Source of the DNA: a virus
Lineage: Duplodnaviria; Caudoviricetes
DNA: 40,868 nucleotides
Reading direction: 5' to 3' (one strand)
IMG/VR virus record: IMGVR_UViG_3300016265_000761
Coordinates: 1-40,868 of that record
Shown: one piece after another, positions 24,071-34,017 of the stretch
How positions within the stretch are numbered: the first letter of the stretch is position 1
Layout: each line of letters begins with the position of its first letter
Translations under genes and position numbers: made by a program
The notes under the pieces: generated by a model
The model's input: only the letters and a program-made list of their open reading frames with translations
Databases searched by the model: none
What the model was told of the DNA's origin: nothing

Positions 24071-26136
24071 GATATTGCCCCGCAGTATTTAAGATCATTG
24101 CCGGTTGCGTATAGCCATTTCGTGGCAGTTATAGCGCATGACATTGTTGTCAGTGTCCATTTGTACCAAGTGCCGCTGTAACTAGCAGCCTTGTCGGTTA
24201 ATGTGTCGCTGATAATGATTGTTGGCGATACTGCTACTTGCCAGCTCGATGATATCGTTGTGCCGCTGATCGTGATCTTGTCGAATGCCGAAGCTCCAAC
24301 TGCGTAGAAGCTTGTCCCCGCCGTGGTGTCAGTTAGAAAATCGCATGCAGAAGCTGGGCCGCCAGAACTACCCCAAGTTAACGTCGATCCTGAAATCGTC
24401 GCCGCAATCGGGCCAGCTGCTAAATGACCAAAAACCATAGTCGTTGTGTTATATGCTTTTATTGGCCTTTTCTTTTGATGTGTCCATGTTTGTGCAGAAA
24501 AAGCAGACGGCAGATTATTCGTCTTTGCGCTAATCGATCCTATGGTTGCCGTTGTGCCGCTGGCCGTCATGCCGTAGTAGTTGCCTGTCGTAGCCGTTGT
24601 GCCGTCCTGCGCGCATGCGATGTACGCCGTGCCCTCTTGATACGGAACCAGGCAACGTAACCCCGCGTTAGCACATACATTGGTTGCCGCGCCTGACGCT
24701 GTTCCAGGCGTTATTGCGCCTGCCGCTACGGTCAATACTCTGCACGATAATTGCCGCGCATTTGATCCACCGCCTGTTGCCAGATATGCCGCGAATCCTT
24801 CAGTGTTGCTTGACCTCGCTATTTTTAAATAACCAACACCAGCAGCGACAGCGCCAGACGCTACCGCAGTACCACCGGTTACAGTTGTTGATGAAACCGT
24901 GTAGGCTTTCAGATCGCTGGCATTATTACGCGCAGTCAAATATACGCCAGCCGCTAATTTCACAGGCGTATCTACGAATACCTCCACGTCTGTTACAGCA
25001 GATCCAAGCGTTATTGCAAGCGTTGTCGTATTGACGCTTCCAGCTCGGACAGTTGTGCCGCTTGCTGCGTGCTGAACAAATGCCACAAAAGTTGTCGTCG
25101 TGTCTTTGTAAATCGCGCAATAGTTTTCCGAGTTGTACGCCGCTATGGTTGCAACAGCGCCACATGCGCCGGTACTGTTATTGATTGCCGCAACGTACCA
25201 ATTTGAAGCATCGTGAAACAATACAACATCATAATTAGTATCAAGATTTGCTGTGCCGCATACAGTATTCGCCGCAGATCCGGTAATCGTGCCGAGCGTC
25301 GGCGGTGTCATGGTGCAGCTATCCCAAGTTCCGTGCGCGGTTCCGATGCTTGTCGGCATGATTGATCTTTCAGTGCCAGCGCTAAACCCGGTCGCAATAG
25401 TCCAGCCGTCAGAAGTTGTTACGCTCGAAGGTGGCGCACTGGCATTGCTCGGACACACTAAACCAAACTTAATATCACCGGTAATCGTGGATAAATCAGG
25501 CAGTGTGTACGATCCAGAAGCATAGGCGGCTATCTTGCAATACTTTTCAGTAATAGTTCGCGCCGCTGGCGCTACTATCGTGCCAATATCGGCCGATGTT
25601 TCGTCATAACTCGCTCCCGTGTCGCCTTTGTCACCTGTCCGAGTGAACAATAAAAGCAAACTGTCCGCATTAGAAAACGGTGATGCTGCGCTTGATGCAA
25701 CAACCGAAACAGTTACGTTCTTGTAGCCGCTTGGTGAAGCTAAAGAAGAAACTGAAAATATGATCCACTTGGAAGGATCATTTAATTTAACCAGTTTAAT
25801 GTGGCCTTTAACTGTGCTTGTCGAATCATCGAAAGTACCAAGCAGCGTTGATTGATCAATTGCTGCACCATCTACGTTGTCTATGCGTATAGTTGTCGCT
25901 GCGTTTTGCGTTGCGCTATCCAGTCGCAAAATACCGTCCCCAGGCTCCGCGTCGGTCGTCGTTGTGCTAAACGAATACTGCAAAGCGACAGCAGTGCCAG
26001 CGGCAAGGCTCGATAATTCGCCTTGAAATTGGACAAGCTCTGATCTAAATGTAAGCTGCCAATCGACAAAGGCTTCCGCTTTTGCAGCAAATCCAGGGCG
26101 GCTCGGTGCTTCTGGTGGCGTTGTAAATGTCGTCAT
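24067..26136 (-). CDS. Tail fibre/receptor-binding protein
   Basis: 689 aa, Thr/Ser/Ala-rich; YSFSTTTTDAEPGDG module; GDKGDTG linker; repeated VSSTTVT-G / ISGSTLT-G beta units. Confidence 0.78.
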   Translation of the reverse strand: MTTFTTPPEAPSRPGFAAKAEAFVDWQLTFRSELVQFQGELSSLAAGTAVALQYSFSTTTTDAEPGDGILRLDSATQNAATTIRIDNVDGAAIDQSTLLGTFDDSTSTVKGHIKLVKLNDPSKWIIFSVSSLASPSGYKNVTVSVVASSAASPFSNADSLLLLFTRTGDKGDTGASYDETSADIGTIVAPAARTITEKYCKIAAYASGSYTLPDLSTITGDIKFGLVCPSNASAPPSSVTTSDGWTIATGFSAGTERSIMPTSIGTAHGTWDSCTMTPPTLGTITGSAANTVCGTANLDTNYDVVLFHDASNWYVAAINNSTGACGAVATIAAYNSENYCAIYKDTTTTFVAFVQHAASGTTVRAGSVNTTTLAITLGSAVTDVEVFVDTPVKLAAGVYLTARNNASDLKAYTVSSTTVTGGTAVASGAVAAGVGYLKIARSSNTEGFAAYLATGGGSNARQLSCRVLTVAAGAITPGTASGAATNVCANAGLRCLVPYQEGTAYIACAQDGTTATTGNYYGMTASGTTATIGSISAKTNNLPSAFSAQTWTHQKKRPIKAYNTTTMVFGHLAAGPIAATISGSTLTWGSSGGPASACDFLTDTTAGTSFYAVGASAFDKITISGTTISSSWQVAVSPTIIISDTLTDKAASYSGTWYKWTLTTMSCAITATKWLYATGNDLKYCGAIS

Positions 26137-27053
26137 ATTTCCTCAATTTCTAAACTGATAACAGCATGGCGCGGATGTCGCATATCAATGCTAAATTTCT
26201 TATAAAAGCCGATCATGAAAATTGCTTCGTAGTAATCATGGTCAGAGTCATCTATTCCGATCCATGCCGCTGGTGTGGCGTTTAGATCGTCTCTCAAACC
26301 TCGAATCATGTTGATTCGTTCTTTGCCAACAATTATTTCTTGAATTGTTTTCGGTACGTTCCTACGCTGCACCATTTCAGAATTGCCAAACTCGTCACGA
26401 GTTACGCTGCTGAAATTCAACACATCAGATACAGCGCTCGGCCTGACTGTGCCAATGTACTTGCTCAAATTAGCTATAACTGCGCCAACAGAAACGTCGC
26501 CAGCATCAGCGGTAAACGTAATAGTGATAACCGCATCGGTGTAAGATGGAAGATCGAAAAAAGCTATTGCTGATTTGGTCGTGAATGGCTCGTAAAAGTA
26601 ATCTTCCCAATCGAGCACTTCCCGAGTGCTTAAATCCTCTTCATGTCGATCAATTTCTATTCCGCTGCGAGTAACGGTTAAAACCAAATCATCCACATTC
26701 TCCATTCCGGCAATTGCAACAGAATCAACAAACTCTCCGGGCGTAATCTCAACGGTTAACGGTGACGCTGCCGTAGTTTGGCTATTTCGGTAAGTGTCAA
26801 ACATTGCCCATTTGTTGGTCTTGCCATATTCGGCCCAATTGGTTGTATCTGCGTCAGGGCTGGTTGCCGTTGTGCCGCCGATCAATCGCTCGTATACAGT
26901 GTGATTTGATGCCAGATAAACCAAGTCGCCAGCCGTGTAAGCAGTTGCTCCATTCCACGCCACTTCGCCGGTATCCGGCTCATTCACGGTGCTACTTGTC
27001 AGCATCGCATCGGTTATCGTGAAACTGTTTGATAGTGGTCGTATTACTCTCAT
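26133..27053 (-). CDS. Distal tail/tail-tip protein with CBM-like insert
   Basis: Follows the TMP with ATGA overlap; AWNGATAYTAGDLV CBM5/12-like motif; TNKWAMFD; DEFGN. Confidence 0.7.
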   Translation of the reverse strand: MRVIRPLSNSFTITDAMLTSSTVNEPDTGEVAWNGATAYTAGDLVYLASNHTVYERLIGGTTATSPDADTTNWAEYGKTNKWAMFDTYRNSQTTAASPLTVEITPGEFVDSVAIAGMENVDDLVLTVTRSGIEIDRHEEDLSTREVLDWEDYFYEPFTTKSAIAFFDLPSYTDAVITITFTADAGDVSVGAVIANLSKYIGTVRPSAVSDVLNFSSVTRDEFGNSEMVQRRNVPKTIQEIIVGKERINMIRGLRDDLNATPAAWIGIDDSDHDYYEAIFMIGFYKKFSIDMRHPRHAVISLEIEEI

Positions 27054-30000
27054 GCTGCCACCGTGTTTAGTGCTGTACCGTTTGTCATGCCCAGCCATAA
27101 TCTATACATATCAAGCTGCGCCTTCGTGCTTTTTGATAGCTCGTCATTCATCGATAGCAAGGCTGTCATAATCGCGTTGCTGTTATCAGCGATTTCGGAT
27201 GGCGGTTTATATCCACCACTAAACCCGCTCGACATCAGAAATCCGGCATTTATTCCAGAGGTTAAAAACCCCGAATTAATAATTGCGTTTTGAATTTCAA
27301 GCTTTCTATATTTAGCTGCTGCAGAAATATCTTTATTTGCCCTGTCGAGCTGCTTTGCTTGATCTGCTGATAATTGATCAATGATGGTTTTCGAGAAAGC
27401 CACATCGCGCAAATAATCAAGCCGCGTGCCAGCTTGTGATTTAGCTATATCTAAGAATCCGCTTACTCGTCCTGAAATATTTTCAGCATTCGCCGACATT
27501 AGCGCATTACGTGACGCGAGTAATTTACCAGTCGGACTTAGGCCGCTTTGTTGCCCCAAATCAATTGATTCTCTTAATGATTTCAGGCTATCTATTAAAG
27601 ATGCAATAGAAGTTCTAAGGTTTTTTAGCGGAGTAACTACAGATTCATAACGATTATTTGCGCTCTGGATTGCTGAAACTAATTTTCCCTCGGCTCTATT
27701 GAATGACGCCACAAATGGATCGTAATCGCTACGTCCGCCGCTTATCATCTGGCCGTTACGTTGCAGATTAAACGCCGCCGCCTGCTCTTGCCAACGTTGA
27801 GCCCTGACTTTCTCGGTAGCATTGATGACAGCCGAAAATGCAGGCACAAGATCAAGCAAAGCCAAGAATGTTTCTTTTGATATGCCGTTTACTTGCCCAA
27901 AAGATTGAACCAACGATTTAAACTGCTCTCGCGTTATGTTTGTATTGATGCCAAGTTCTTTTAGTTGCTCATTAACTTTAGACTGTATAGGCGCAAGCCG
28001 CTCTTGCTCGGTTAGGAATGTTTGAGCAAAAAAGGATACTTTCTGATTAAGTTGGTCTATACCACCAGCAGCATCGATAAATCCGGTACGATCCTCGAAT
28101 GACACACTACTGATATACGCACGCGCATCATCCAAGTTCTTTCCAAGCGCCAGCGTTGCCGCATCAACCAATGATAAGTATTCAGTATTCAACCGCGAAA
28201 GCGCGTCGAATGAATCCTCACCGGCTTTTTTAAGGGTATCAACTATCGGCAAAACACCTTGAGCGAACTCGTTTCCGATGCCGTCAAGCAATGAAGCTAT
28301 GGCCTCTTCGGTTAGCTTCTCTTTCTTCTCGGATTTGATTTGAAAATCTTTATTGTACGAATCAATGAATTGCGTACTTAATCCAAGATTTTTTGCAAAA
28401 TCACGCGCAGAATTAGCAAAGCCGCTGATCGTCTCGTCGAATAGCGCGTCCATTTCTGCGGTCAATGGATTCGTGTAGGACTTGTGCTTGTTGCTCATGA
28501 ACAAGCCGCCTTTGCTGCGATATACGTCGGTTATCGTGCCGGTAAAGCCGTCAGCAGTGGCCGTACCTTCGAGCGATTGTTGCCGGAATTTATACGGTCC
28601 ACGTCCAAACATTGCAGCCAAGAAACCACCGATAACCGGTATCATTTCTGCGCCGCCTAGTTTCTTGTCACCGGCTAACATGCGACCTATTGCATCGACA
28701 GCAAACAAGGCAACCGCAGGCCCCGCAAATGCCCCAACACTTGCGCCCAAACTTGCAGCGCTTGCCGCTCCGCTTGTAAATCCACCAGCAGCCAAACCGC
28801 CTAAAGCATCGCCAGCCAAACCAGCGCCAAACGCACCAACATTGCCGCCAAACATCGAAAGGCCGCCGCCTATTAATGACGTTGCACCAAAACCGCCTTT
28901 AAACAAGCTAACTGCATTACTGCCAAGTGAAAGCGCATTGAGTGAACTAATACCGCCTCCACTCGATGCCGCAGCCGATCCGCTTAAACCGAGTAAGCTG
29001 CCAGCACCAACCGCATTCAATAATCTGATTGATACAACCTGTGAAACAATTTGCGAGACTGTATTGAGAATGCCATCCAATAAGCCGCGCACGCCTGATT
29101 TAAAGCCGTCTCGAAATCCTTGCTCAATGCCGAATGCTAGGCTCGATTGAATGTTTCTCGCTGCTTGTATTGCAAACTGATCATAAGCCTGCAATTCTGA
29201 TTGGCGTATCTTGTCGCCGTTTTGCTGCGCTTCCCGTGATTGAATAATCCCGATCATCTCGCGCCTTGCCGCTATTTCTTCGTTAATTGCAGCTATCGCG
29301 CCTGCATCTTTAGCGATTACGCGCTTTTCTTCCAGCCTTGCGATGGTTGTTTGTTCAATCGCTTGCTCAAGGCTAATCTGATTTTTCTTTGATAATTCCA
29401 GCGCCGCTACTTCGTTACGCATGTCCACAAGCCGGTCTTGTGCCGCTTTTGCGCTTTGCTGGTATGGCCGTATTAAATCTTCCCGCGCTTTGCGCTCAAT
29501 AACCAACAGTTTCACGTATTCGCTTTCGATGCGTGACTGATCGCTCATTGCTCGTGTTAATCGATCGATTTTAGGCGCGGTCTTGGTCGCATTGTTGCTT
29601 ACTTCGCTAACCGCTATAGCAAATTTCTTAGCGGAATTTGCCGCTTCATCATTTGCTTTTACCGTTTCACGGCTCTTAACGATTGCATTCTGTAAATCAA
29701 TCTCAAGCTGTGCGAGTTTTTCATGTTCGTGTGACAGCGCATTCTTATCAAAGAAAATTGAATCCTTCTTCAATTCCATCGATTTGATGGTTTCTTGCGT
29801 CAACAATATTTCGCGCCGAATCTGGCCAACATCGCCAAGAATCTTTGGATTGCCGAACGATTCGACAAAAAGTTGTTTAACGCCAGCAAACACACCGGCA
29901 AGGATGCCGCCTTGCTGGCTGGCCTTAACCATTTCGTCAGATACGCGAGTAAGCGAAGGGATAAAACCCTGCACCATCTCACGCCCTAATGCGGAAACAG

Positions 30001-30649
30001 ATTTGCTTAGTAAATTGATCTGATCGTTAAATCGCTCTGATTGTCTTGCCGATTCTTCCGTGACCGGGTTAAGTTTTTTGCCTTGCTCAATTAGTTTTTG
30101 AAGCTCTGCTGATCCACCGGCTAACAACGGAACCAAATCGGCCATTTTGTTGCCAAGTGTTGCTGTTAATGCGACCGCTCGATCTTCTCTGCTGAATTTG
30201 CTTAATGCGTCTGCAAGCGCAAGCAATTGCTTTTCAGGCGATAAATCTTTTAAATCTTTGTACGACAAGCCTAGCTGATCAAGTTTTTTTGCCGCGCCGC
30301 TTGATTTATCCGCAGCCTCAGCAACCAGCAACGAAAACGCCCTTGTAGCTTTTGCTACCTTTTCTAATGAAACGCCTGATTGTTCAGATGCAAACTCAAG
30401 ACCGGCAAGTGATTCAACCGCAATACCGGTTTTCTGTGATAGTTTGAATAATTGATCTTGCGCGTCGATTGTTTTGCGCGTAAATGCTGCCAGTGATCCA
30501 ACAACTGCGCCAGCGCCAACCGCTGCAAGTGATGTGCTTAACCTTGCCGCGCTACTGGCAAGACCTGTAATATTTGAATTTACAGAAGCGAAAGCCCCGG
30601 CGGTGCTATCTCGCGCCGTGATTACTATGTTTGTTGTGGCTTCGCTCAT
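27050..30649 (-). CDS. Tape measure protein
   Basis: 1199 aa, Ala-rich helical; NIVITARD N-terminus; LSQKTGIAVESL; Gly-rich hydrophobic block. Confidence 0.93.
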   Translation of the reverse strand: MSEATTNIVITARDSTAGAFASVNSNITGLASSAARLSTSLAAVGAGAVVGSLAAFTRKTIDAQDQLFKLSQKTGIAVESLAGLEFASEQSGVSLEKVAKATRAFSLLVAEAADKSSGAAKKLDQLGLSYKDLKDLSPEKQLLALADALSKFSREDRAVALTATLGNKMADLVPLLAGGSAELQKLIEQGKKLNPVTEESARQSERFNDQINLLSKSVSALGREMVQGFIPSLTRVSDEMVKASQQGGILAGVFAGVKQLFVESFGNPKILGDVGQIRREILLTQETIKSMELKKDSIFFDKNALSHEHEKLAQLEIDLQNAIVKSRETVKANDEAANSAKKFAIAVSEVSNNATKTAPKIDRLTRAMSDQSRIESEYVKLLVIERKAREDLIRPYQQSAKAAQDRLVDMRNEVAALELSKKNQISLEQAIEQTTIARLEEKRVIAKDAGAIAAINEEIAARREMIGIIQSREAQQNGDKIRQSELQAYDQFAIQAARNIQSSLAFGIEQGFRDGFKSGVRGLLDGILNTVSQIVSQVVSIRLLNAVGAGSLLGLSGSAAASSGGGISSLNALSLGSNAVSLFKGGFGATSLIGGGLSMFGGNVGAFGAGLAGDALGGLAAGGFTSGAASAASLGASVGAFAGPAVALFAVDAIGRMLAGDKKLGGAEMIPVIGGFLAAMFGRGPYKFRQQSLEGTATADGFTGTITDVYRSKGGLFMSNKHKSYTNPLTAEMDALFDETISGFANSARDFAKNLGLSTQFIDSYNKDFQIKSEKKEKLTEEAIASLLDGIGNEFAQGVLPIVDTLKKAGEDSFDALSRLNTEYLSLVDAATLALGKNLDDARAYISSVSFEDRTGFIDAAGGIDQLNQKVSFFAQTFLTEQERLAPIQSKVNEQLKELGINTNITREQFKSLVQSFGQVNGISKETFLALLDLVPAFSAVINATEKVRAQRWQEQAAAFNLQRNGQMISGGRSDYDPFVASFNRAEGKLVSAIQSANNRYESVVTPLKNLRTSIASLIDSLKSLRESIDLGQQSGLSPTGKLLASRNALMSANAENISGRVSGFLDIAKSQAGTRLDYLRDVAFSKTIIDQLSADQAKQLDRANKDISAAAKYRKLEIQNAIINSGFLTSGINAGFLMSSGFSGGYKPPSEIADNSNAIMTALLSMNDELSKSTKAQLDMYRLWLGMTNGTALNTVAA

Positions 30650-30882
30650 TTCTTGTTCGCTTGTTGATAGTCTTTTAGTGTTATCAGGTTATCGATAAAT
30701 AACTCTATGTCACTGATTTCTAAATACTCCGCCACATCATCAACCGATTGCCAGTTAAGCTCGCCGCCTAACAAATTAAAACCAGCAAGCGATTTCCTTT
30801 GAAACTCTCTAAGCTCTACTGGCTGCGCCCCTGGTATGTGCTTCCCTACATCTTCATAAGCCAGCCAGTCATTTAGTTTTTT
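30646..30882 (-). CDS. Tail assembly chaperone gpT part (-1 frameshift extension)
   Basis: Met-less open frame KLNDWLAYED...NLLGGELNW...ANKK entered at A AAA AAC; its stop overlaps the TMP ATG. Confidence 0.8.
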   Translation of the reverse strand, partial: KKLNDWLAYEDVGKHIPGAQPVELREFQRKSLAGFNLLGGELNWQSVDDVAEYLEISDIELFIDNLITLKDYQQANKK

Positions 30883-31211
30883 GCGTTTTCTGTCCTTTTG
30901 TTGATGCGGTCGATTGCATCAGATAGAACAGCCTTTGCAATTTCTCCTGCCCAGTCGGGTCGATCTCCAATCACTTCATCAAAATCAGCACGCTTGAATG
31001 CGACAATTTCCTTTGAACCTCCGTCGATCAAATCGCACTCTTTCACGCCCTCCCAGCCGGTGACGTGATTGCGTGCAACCTGCGCGTCTAACGTGGAATT
31101 GATTGAATATGCGGAAAACTGTTCAGCCGTTGCCCGTGTGCCAAAAAACTTGATATTCCCGATTTCGATTGTGATCTTTCTTGATTCTCTGATTCTTTCT
31201 GCCAAGCTCAT
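30873..31211 (-). CDS. Tail assembly chaperone gpG-like
   Basis: Between tail tube and TMP; VTGWEGVKE motif; ends GCA AAA AAC TAA. Confidence 0.85.
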   Translation of the reverse strand: MSLAERIRESRKITIEIGNIKFFGTRATAEQFSAYSINSTLDAQVARNHVTGWEGVKECDLIDGGSKEIVAFKRADFDEVIGDRPDWAGEIAKAVLSDAIDRINKRTENAKN

Positions 31212-31227
31212 TTTTCACCCCATGTTG

Positions 31228-31255
31228 AAAAAAAGCCCCGACAAAGCGCCGGGGC
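31228..31255 (-). terminator. Intrinsic terminator after the tail tube gene
   Basis: GCCCCGGC-loop-GTCGGGGC followed by T7. Confidence 0.78.
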
Positions 31256-31269
31256 AAATCCCCACGCTT

Positions 31270-31917
31270 CTAGCTTGAGAACCACTGCGCTTTAGTACGC
31301 AGCGAGAGAGAAATCTGACCAGTACCAGCTGCACCAACACCACCGCTGAAACCTGTACCGCCTGAGCAATAGGCGTTGAATAAGCATTTATAACCCGATG
31401 CTAACGTCACAAGAAAAGCTCTACGCTCTTGCGCTCTATCAGCAGTGCCAACCTCGACAACCGCAGTGGCTAATGGATCAGCGATACAACTGAATGAACC
31501 TTTTTGCGCCGCAGCGTGACCAAACTCGATTTGTCGTTCGTCGTCATGGATTGAGGTAACGTCGATTTCATCCGGTGTTGCATCAGGAATATCAAGCTGC
31601 GTGATGTTGTCGAATGACGCGCCGAAGGTAATCTTTTTAGCAGTGCCGCCGCTGGTGTAAGTTGTGTAACCTGAAGAATCTATACTTTCAAGCGTAAACG
31701 ATACGGTCGTGCTAACCGCAGAGACGCGAAATACTCGATCATTTACCTGTGTCATGCCTCCGACTGATGTGATAACAACATAATCACCAACACTGTAGTC
31801 GTGCGTTGCTGTTACTACAGCCGGAGACGCTTTTGTTATTCCTGTGATTGTTTTTGCTGATCCCAATGCGGTCTGGATTTGCACAACCGCGTTGCGTAAT
31901 ACTTGAGCATTTGCCAT
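31270..31917 (-). CDS. Major tail tube protein
   Basis: AKTITGITKASPAVVT...GGMTQVNDRVFRV insert; EIDVTSIHD; position in tail operon. Confidence 0.85.
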   Translation of the reverse strand: MANAQVLRNAVVQIQTALGSAKTITGITKASPAVVTATHDYSVGDYVVITSVGGMTQVNDRVFRVSAVSTTVSFTLESIDSSGYTTYTSGGTAKKITFGASFDNITQLDIPDATPDEIDVTSIHDDERQIEFGHAAAQKGSFSCIADPLATAVVEVGTADRAQERRAFLVTLASGYKCLFNAYCSGGTGFSGGVGAAGTGQISLSLRTKAQWFSS

Positions 31918-31923
31918 CTTGCT

Positions 31924-31951
31924 TTCTCCTGCGCCATCACGGCGTTAAGGT
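31924..31951 (-). repeat. RBS-linked hairpin repeat, copy 3 (variant)
   Basis: ACCTTAACGCCGTGATGGCGCAGGAGAA before the tail tube gene. Confidence 0.75.
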
Positions 31952-31960
31952 GTTAATCAA

Positions 31961-32401
31961 TTAAATCAATACATCTGGTGCATTTGATAAGGTGTATAAA
32001 TCCTTTGTGAAAATCATGGTTACTTTGCCGATGGGCTGCTCTCCGCTGCCGTCGTAATCAATTTGAGCGCCTTGGTAAATCAAGCCTTTGACGATTGCCG
32101 TTGATGATCCTGCAATAGCCGTTTCTACCTCTTTGCTGATCGTATCCAGCGTGTCATCAATATTGCTCACAGCCTTTGCTACGCCTTCAATCCTGATTGT
32201 CGTAGCTCGTTCTTGCTGATACGGCGAATGCACAGTGATTGCTTCTGATTTGTCGCCGTCACTCGTAACCAACAAACATGGCAGGTTTGATGTATCCAGC
32301 GGATAAACTCTGCTTTGATATACGCGGCTGCCAGTCGTAGATAATCCAGTTACAGCAGTCGCTACCGCTTCGCGTAACTGTTGCCGGACATGATTAGCCA
32401 T
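31961..32401 (-). CDS. Tail terminator protein (gpU-like)
   Basis: HVRQQLREAV...RVYQSRVYPL...LPCLLV; position. Confidence 0.75.
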   Translation of the reverse strand: MANHVRQQLREAVATAVTGLSTTGSRVYQSRVYPLDTSNLPCLLVTSDGDKSEAITVHSPYQQERATTIRIEGVAKAVSNIDDTLDTISKEVETAIAGSSTAIVKGLIYQGAQIDYDGSGEQPIGKVTMIFTKDLYTLSNAPDVLI

Positions 32402-32676
32402 TATTGTTTCTCCAGAATCAGCTTATTAATCATGTTTGTTTCATCCGGCTGCACGCCCTTAACCTTGTATGTCGTGCTGCTTCGCACAACCGTCGAATCA
32501 TAAGCAGCGTTTGGCGCATCGGTGCGAACATAGGAAAACACCGGTTTTTTTGTTTCCACATAATCAACCGTCACAAATTCCGCATCAAAGACGCCATTGA
32601 CAGAAACCCCGTCAATAGTTACCGTCTCCGCGAAATCGTCGGTATCAAAGAAAACCGATGCGTCCTCTGTCATCAT
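32401..32676 (-). CDS. Head-tail joining protein (gpFII-like)
   Basis: FFDTDDFA...GVFD...YKVKGVQPD; position. Confidence 0.72.
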   Translation of the reverse strand: MMTEDASVFFDTDDFAETVTIDGVSVNGVFDAEFVTVDYVETKKPVFSYVRTDAPNAAYDSTVVRSSTTYKVKGVQPDETNMINKLILEKQ

Positions 32677-32972
32677 TTTTTAGCTTTGCCTTTTTGCTTG
32701 GCAATGGTTTCAAATGTGACCGGTTCTTGTGGCTCGTCGGATTTCACAACAAGTTCACCGGATTCGCTTATCATCCGCTCCAAGTGATACTTGGATAATT
32801 CGCCCTCAAAACCAAATACCTCGCCAGCCTTGAACTGAACCGGCTTTATAATTTCATACAAACCGGAATTAAGTTTTTTAAGCCATCCTTTGCGCCGTCT
32901 TGCTTGATCTTCATTCAGATCAAGAACGCCACTCAACAAATCAACCTTATCGGTCGTTAGGTAGCGTTCCAT
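32673..32972 (-). CDS. Hypothetical head-associated protein
   Basis: Start at MERYL, 2 nt after the capsid stop; PVQFKAGE motif. Confidence 0.7.
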   Translation of the reverse strand: MERYLTTDKVDLLSGVLDLNEDQARRRKGWLKKLNSGLYEIIKPVQFKAGEVFGFEGELSKYHLERMISESGELVVKSDEPQEPVTFETIAKQKGKAKK

Positions 32973-32974
32973 GA

Positions 32975-33928
32975 TTACACCAGGGTCACATAACAAGCAC
33001 GTTGCCAGTACCCATAACCAGCGTTGCGCCAAGAATCAATGCCAATCAGAATTTCTTGATTTTTAAATGCGTGTTCTGAATTTTCATCCAGTATTTGCAA
33101 TTGTGGCGTCGTTTCTGCTTGGCGAATCAGCGCCTTAATTGGAGAGTCAGTGCGGAAAATTGCAAACGAATCTGTCCAGGTAAGACGCGGATTCATTTCC
33201 ACACGCACACTCATCCCATTCATGCCGTTCGGGTTCAAATTTTGCGCCAGCGATGCGGTTAATACTGCGCTTGTTGCAGCTGTTGCCTTTGCCCATAAGC
33301 TCACCGGAACCATGACAAGAAATTCGCGTGCATTGTCGTTCATTGGTTCGCCGTGATTGTCTTTGAATGACAATATTTGAGCGATACCAAGCATGATCGC
33401 TTGCTGCATTTCTTCCGTGCTTGGGTCGGTTGTTGAACCATGAGAAGCAGCAGAAAGCGCAGAAATATCAACGGTTATGTCGTTGCTTTGAGAGCCTGAG
33501 CTACCTTCGGAGTGATCGGTGTCAAAAAAGTATTGCCCGTCGTAGCAAGTTGTTGAAGGTGCTGCTAAAATAAAATCACTTAGCAAGCTGCCCCAATGCC
33601 GCATATCCTGATCAACAAACTCTTGGATTCTTGCTTGAATCTGGCCGGTTTTATCTCTTCGTAAATCTTTAGTAGCTATGCCAAGCGTTGCTTCATAATG
33701 CTTGTTAATAATCGTAACGCTATTCGATGCAAGCGCTTTCTCACCTCTGCCGCCCAACCATTCGCGCATTGTTGGCGATTGACCTAAAAACGGATAAGTT
33801 TCGCTTGCTTGATCTGAATTAAAGAGATTTGATACGCTGCCGATCCATGTTGCCCCGGCGCTTTGTTCGAGTTGCGCGTAATACATGCCAATCACTGCGC
33901 GACTAGATAGAATGCTTTGATCTGCCAT
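32975..33928 (-). CDS. Major capsid protein, Mu gpT-like family
   Basis: ETYPFLGQSPTMREWLGGR, NKHYEATL, CYDGQYFFDTDH, AGYGYWQ. Confidence 0.92.
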   Translation of the reverse strand: MADQSILSSRAVIGMYYAQLEQSAGATWIGSVSNLFNSDQASETYPFLGQSPTMREWLGGRGEKALASNSVTIINKHYEATLGIATKDLRRDKTGQIQARIQEFVDQDMRHWGSLLSDFILAAPSTTCYDGQYFFDTDHSEGSSGSQSNDITVDISALSAASHGSTTDPSTEEMQQAIMLGIAQILSFKDNHGEPMNDNAREFLVMVPVSLWAKATAATSAVLTASLAQNLNPNGMNGMSVRVEMNPRLTWTDSFAIFRTDSPIKALIRQAETTPQLQILDENSEHAFKNQEILIGIDSWRNAGYGYWQRACYVTLV

Positions 33929-33934
33929 CTTTAT

Positions 33935-33961
33935 TTCTCCAGCGCCTCACGGCGTTAGGTT
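33935..33961 (-). repeat. RBS-linked hairpin repeat, copy 2
   Basis: 27 bp identical to 34799-34825. Confidence 0.85.
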
Positions 33962-34017
33962 TGTAATTGCAGGGTCACGGCTTCACAGCGTTACCCCGCC
34001 TCAATTGCTACTTAAAA

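Noticed and set aside
21455-26136. Diversity-generating retroelement or invertible fibre cassette
   Set aside because: No reverse transcriptase, invertase or template/variable repeat pair seen
28482-29150. Long plus-strand ORFs antisense to the TMP (and similar ones opposite the helicase, nuclease, ATPase and decoration genes)
   Set aside because: Shadow frames of Gly/Ala-rich genes, with no RBS or motifs
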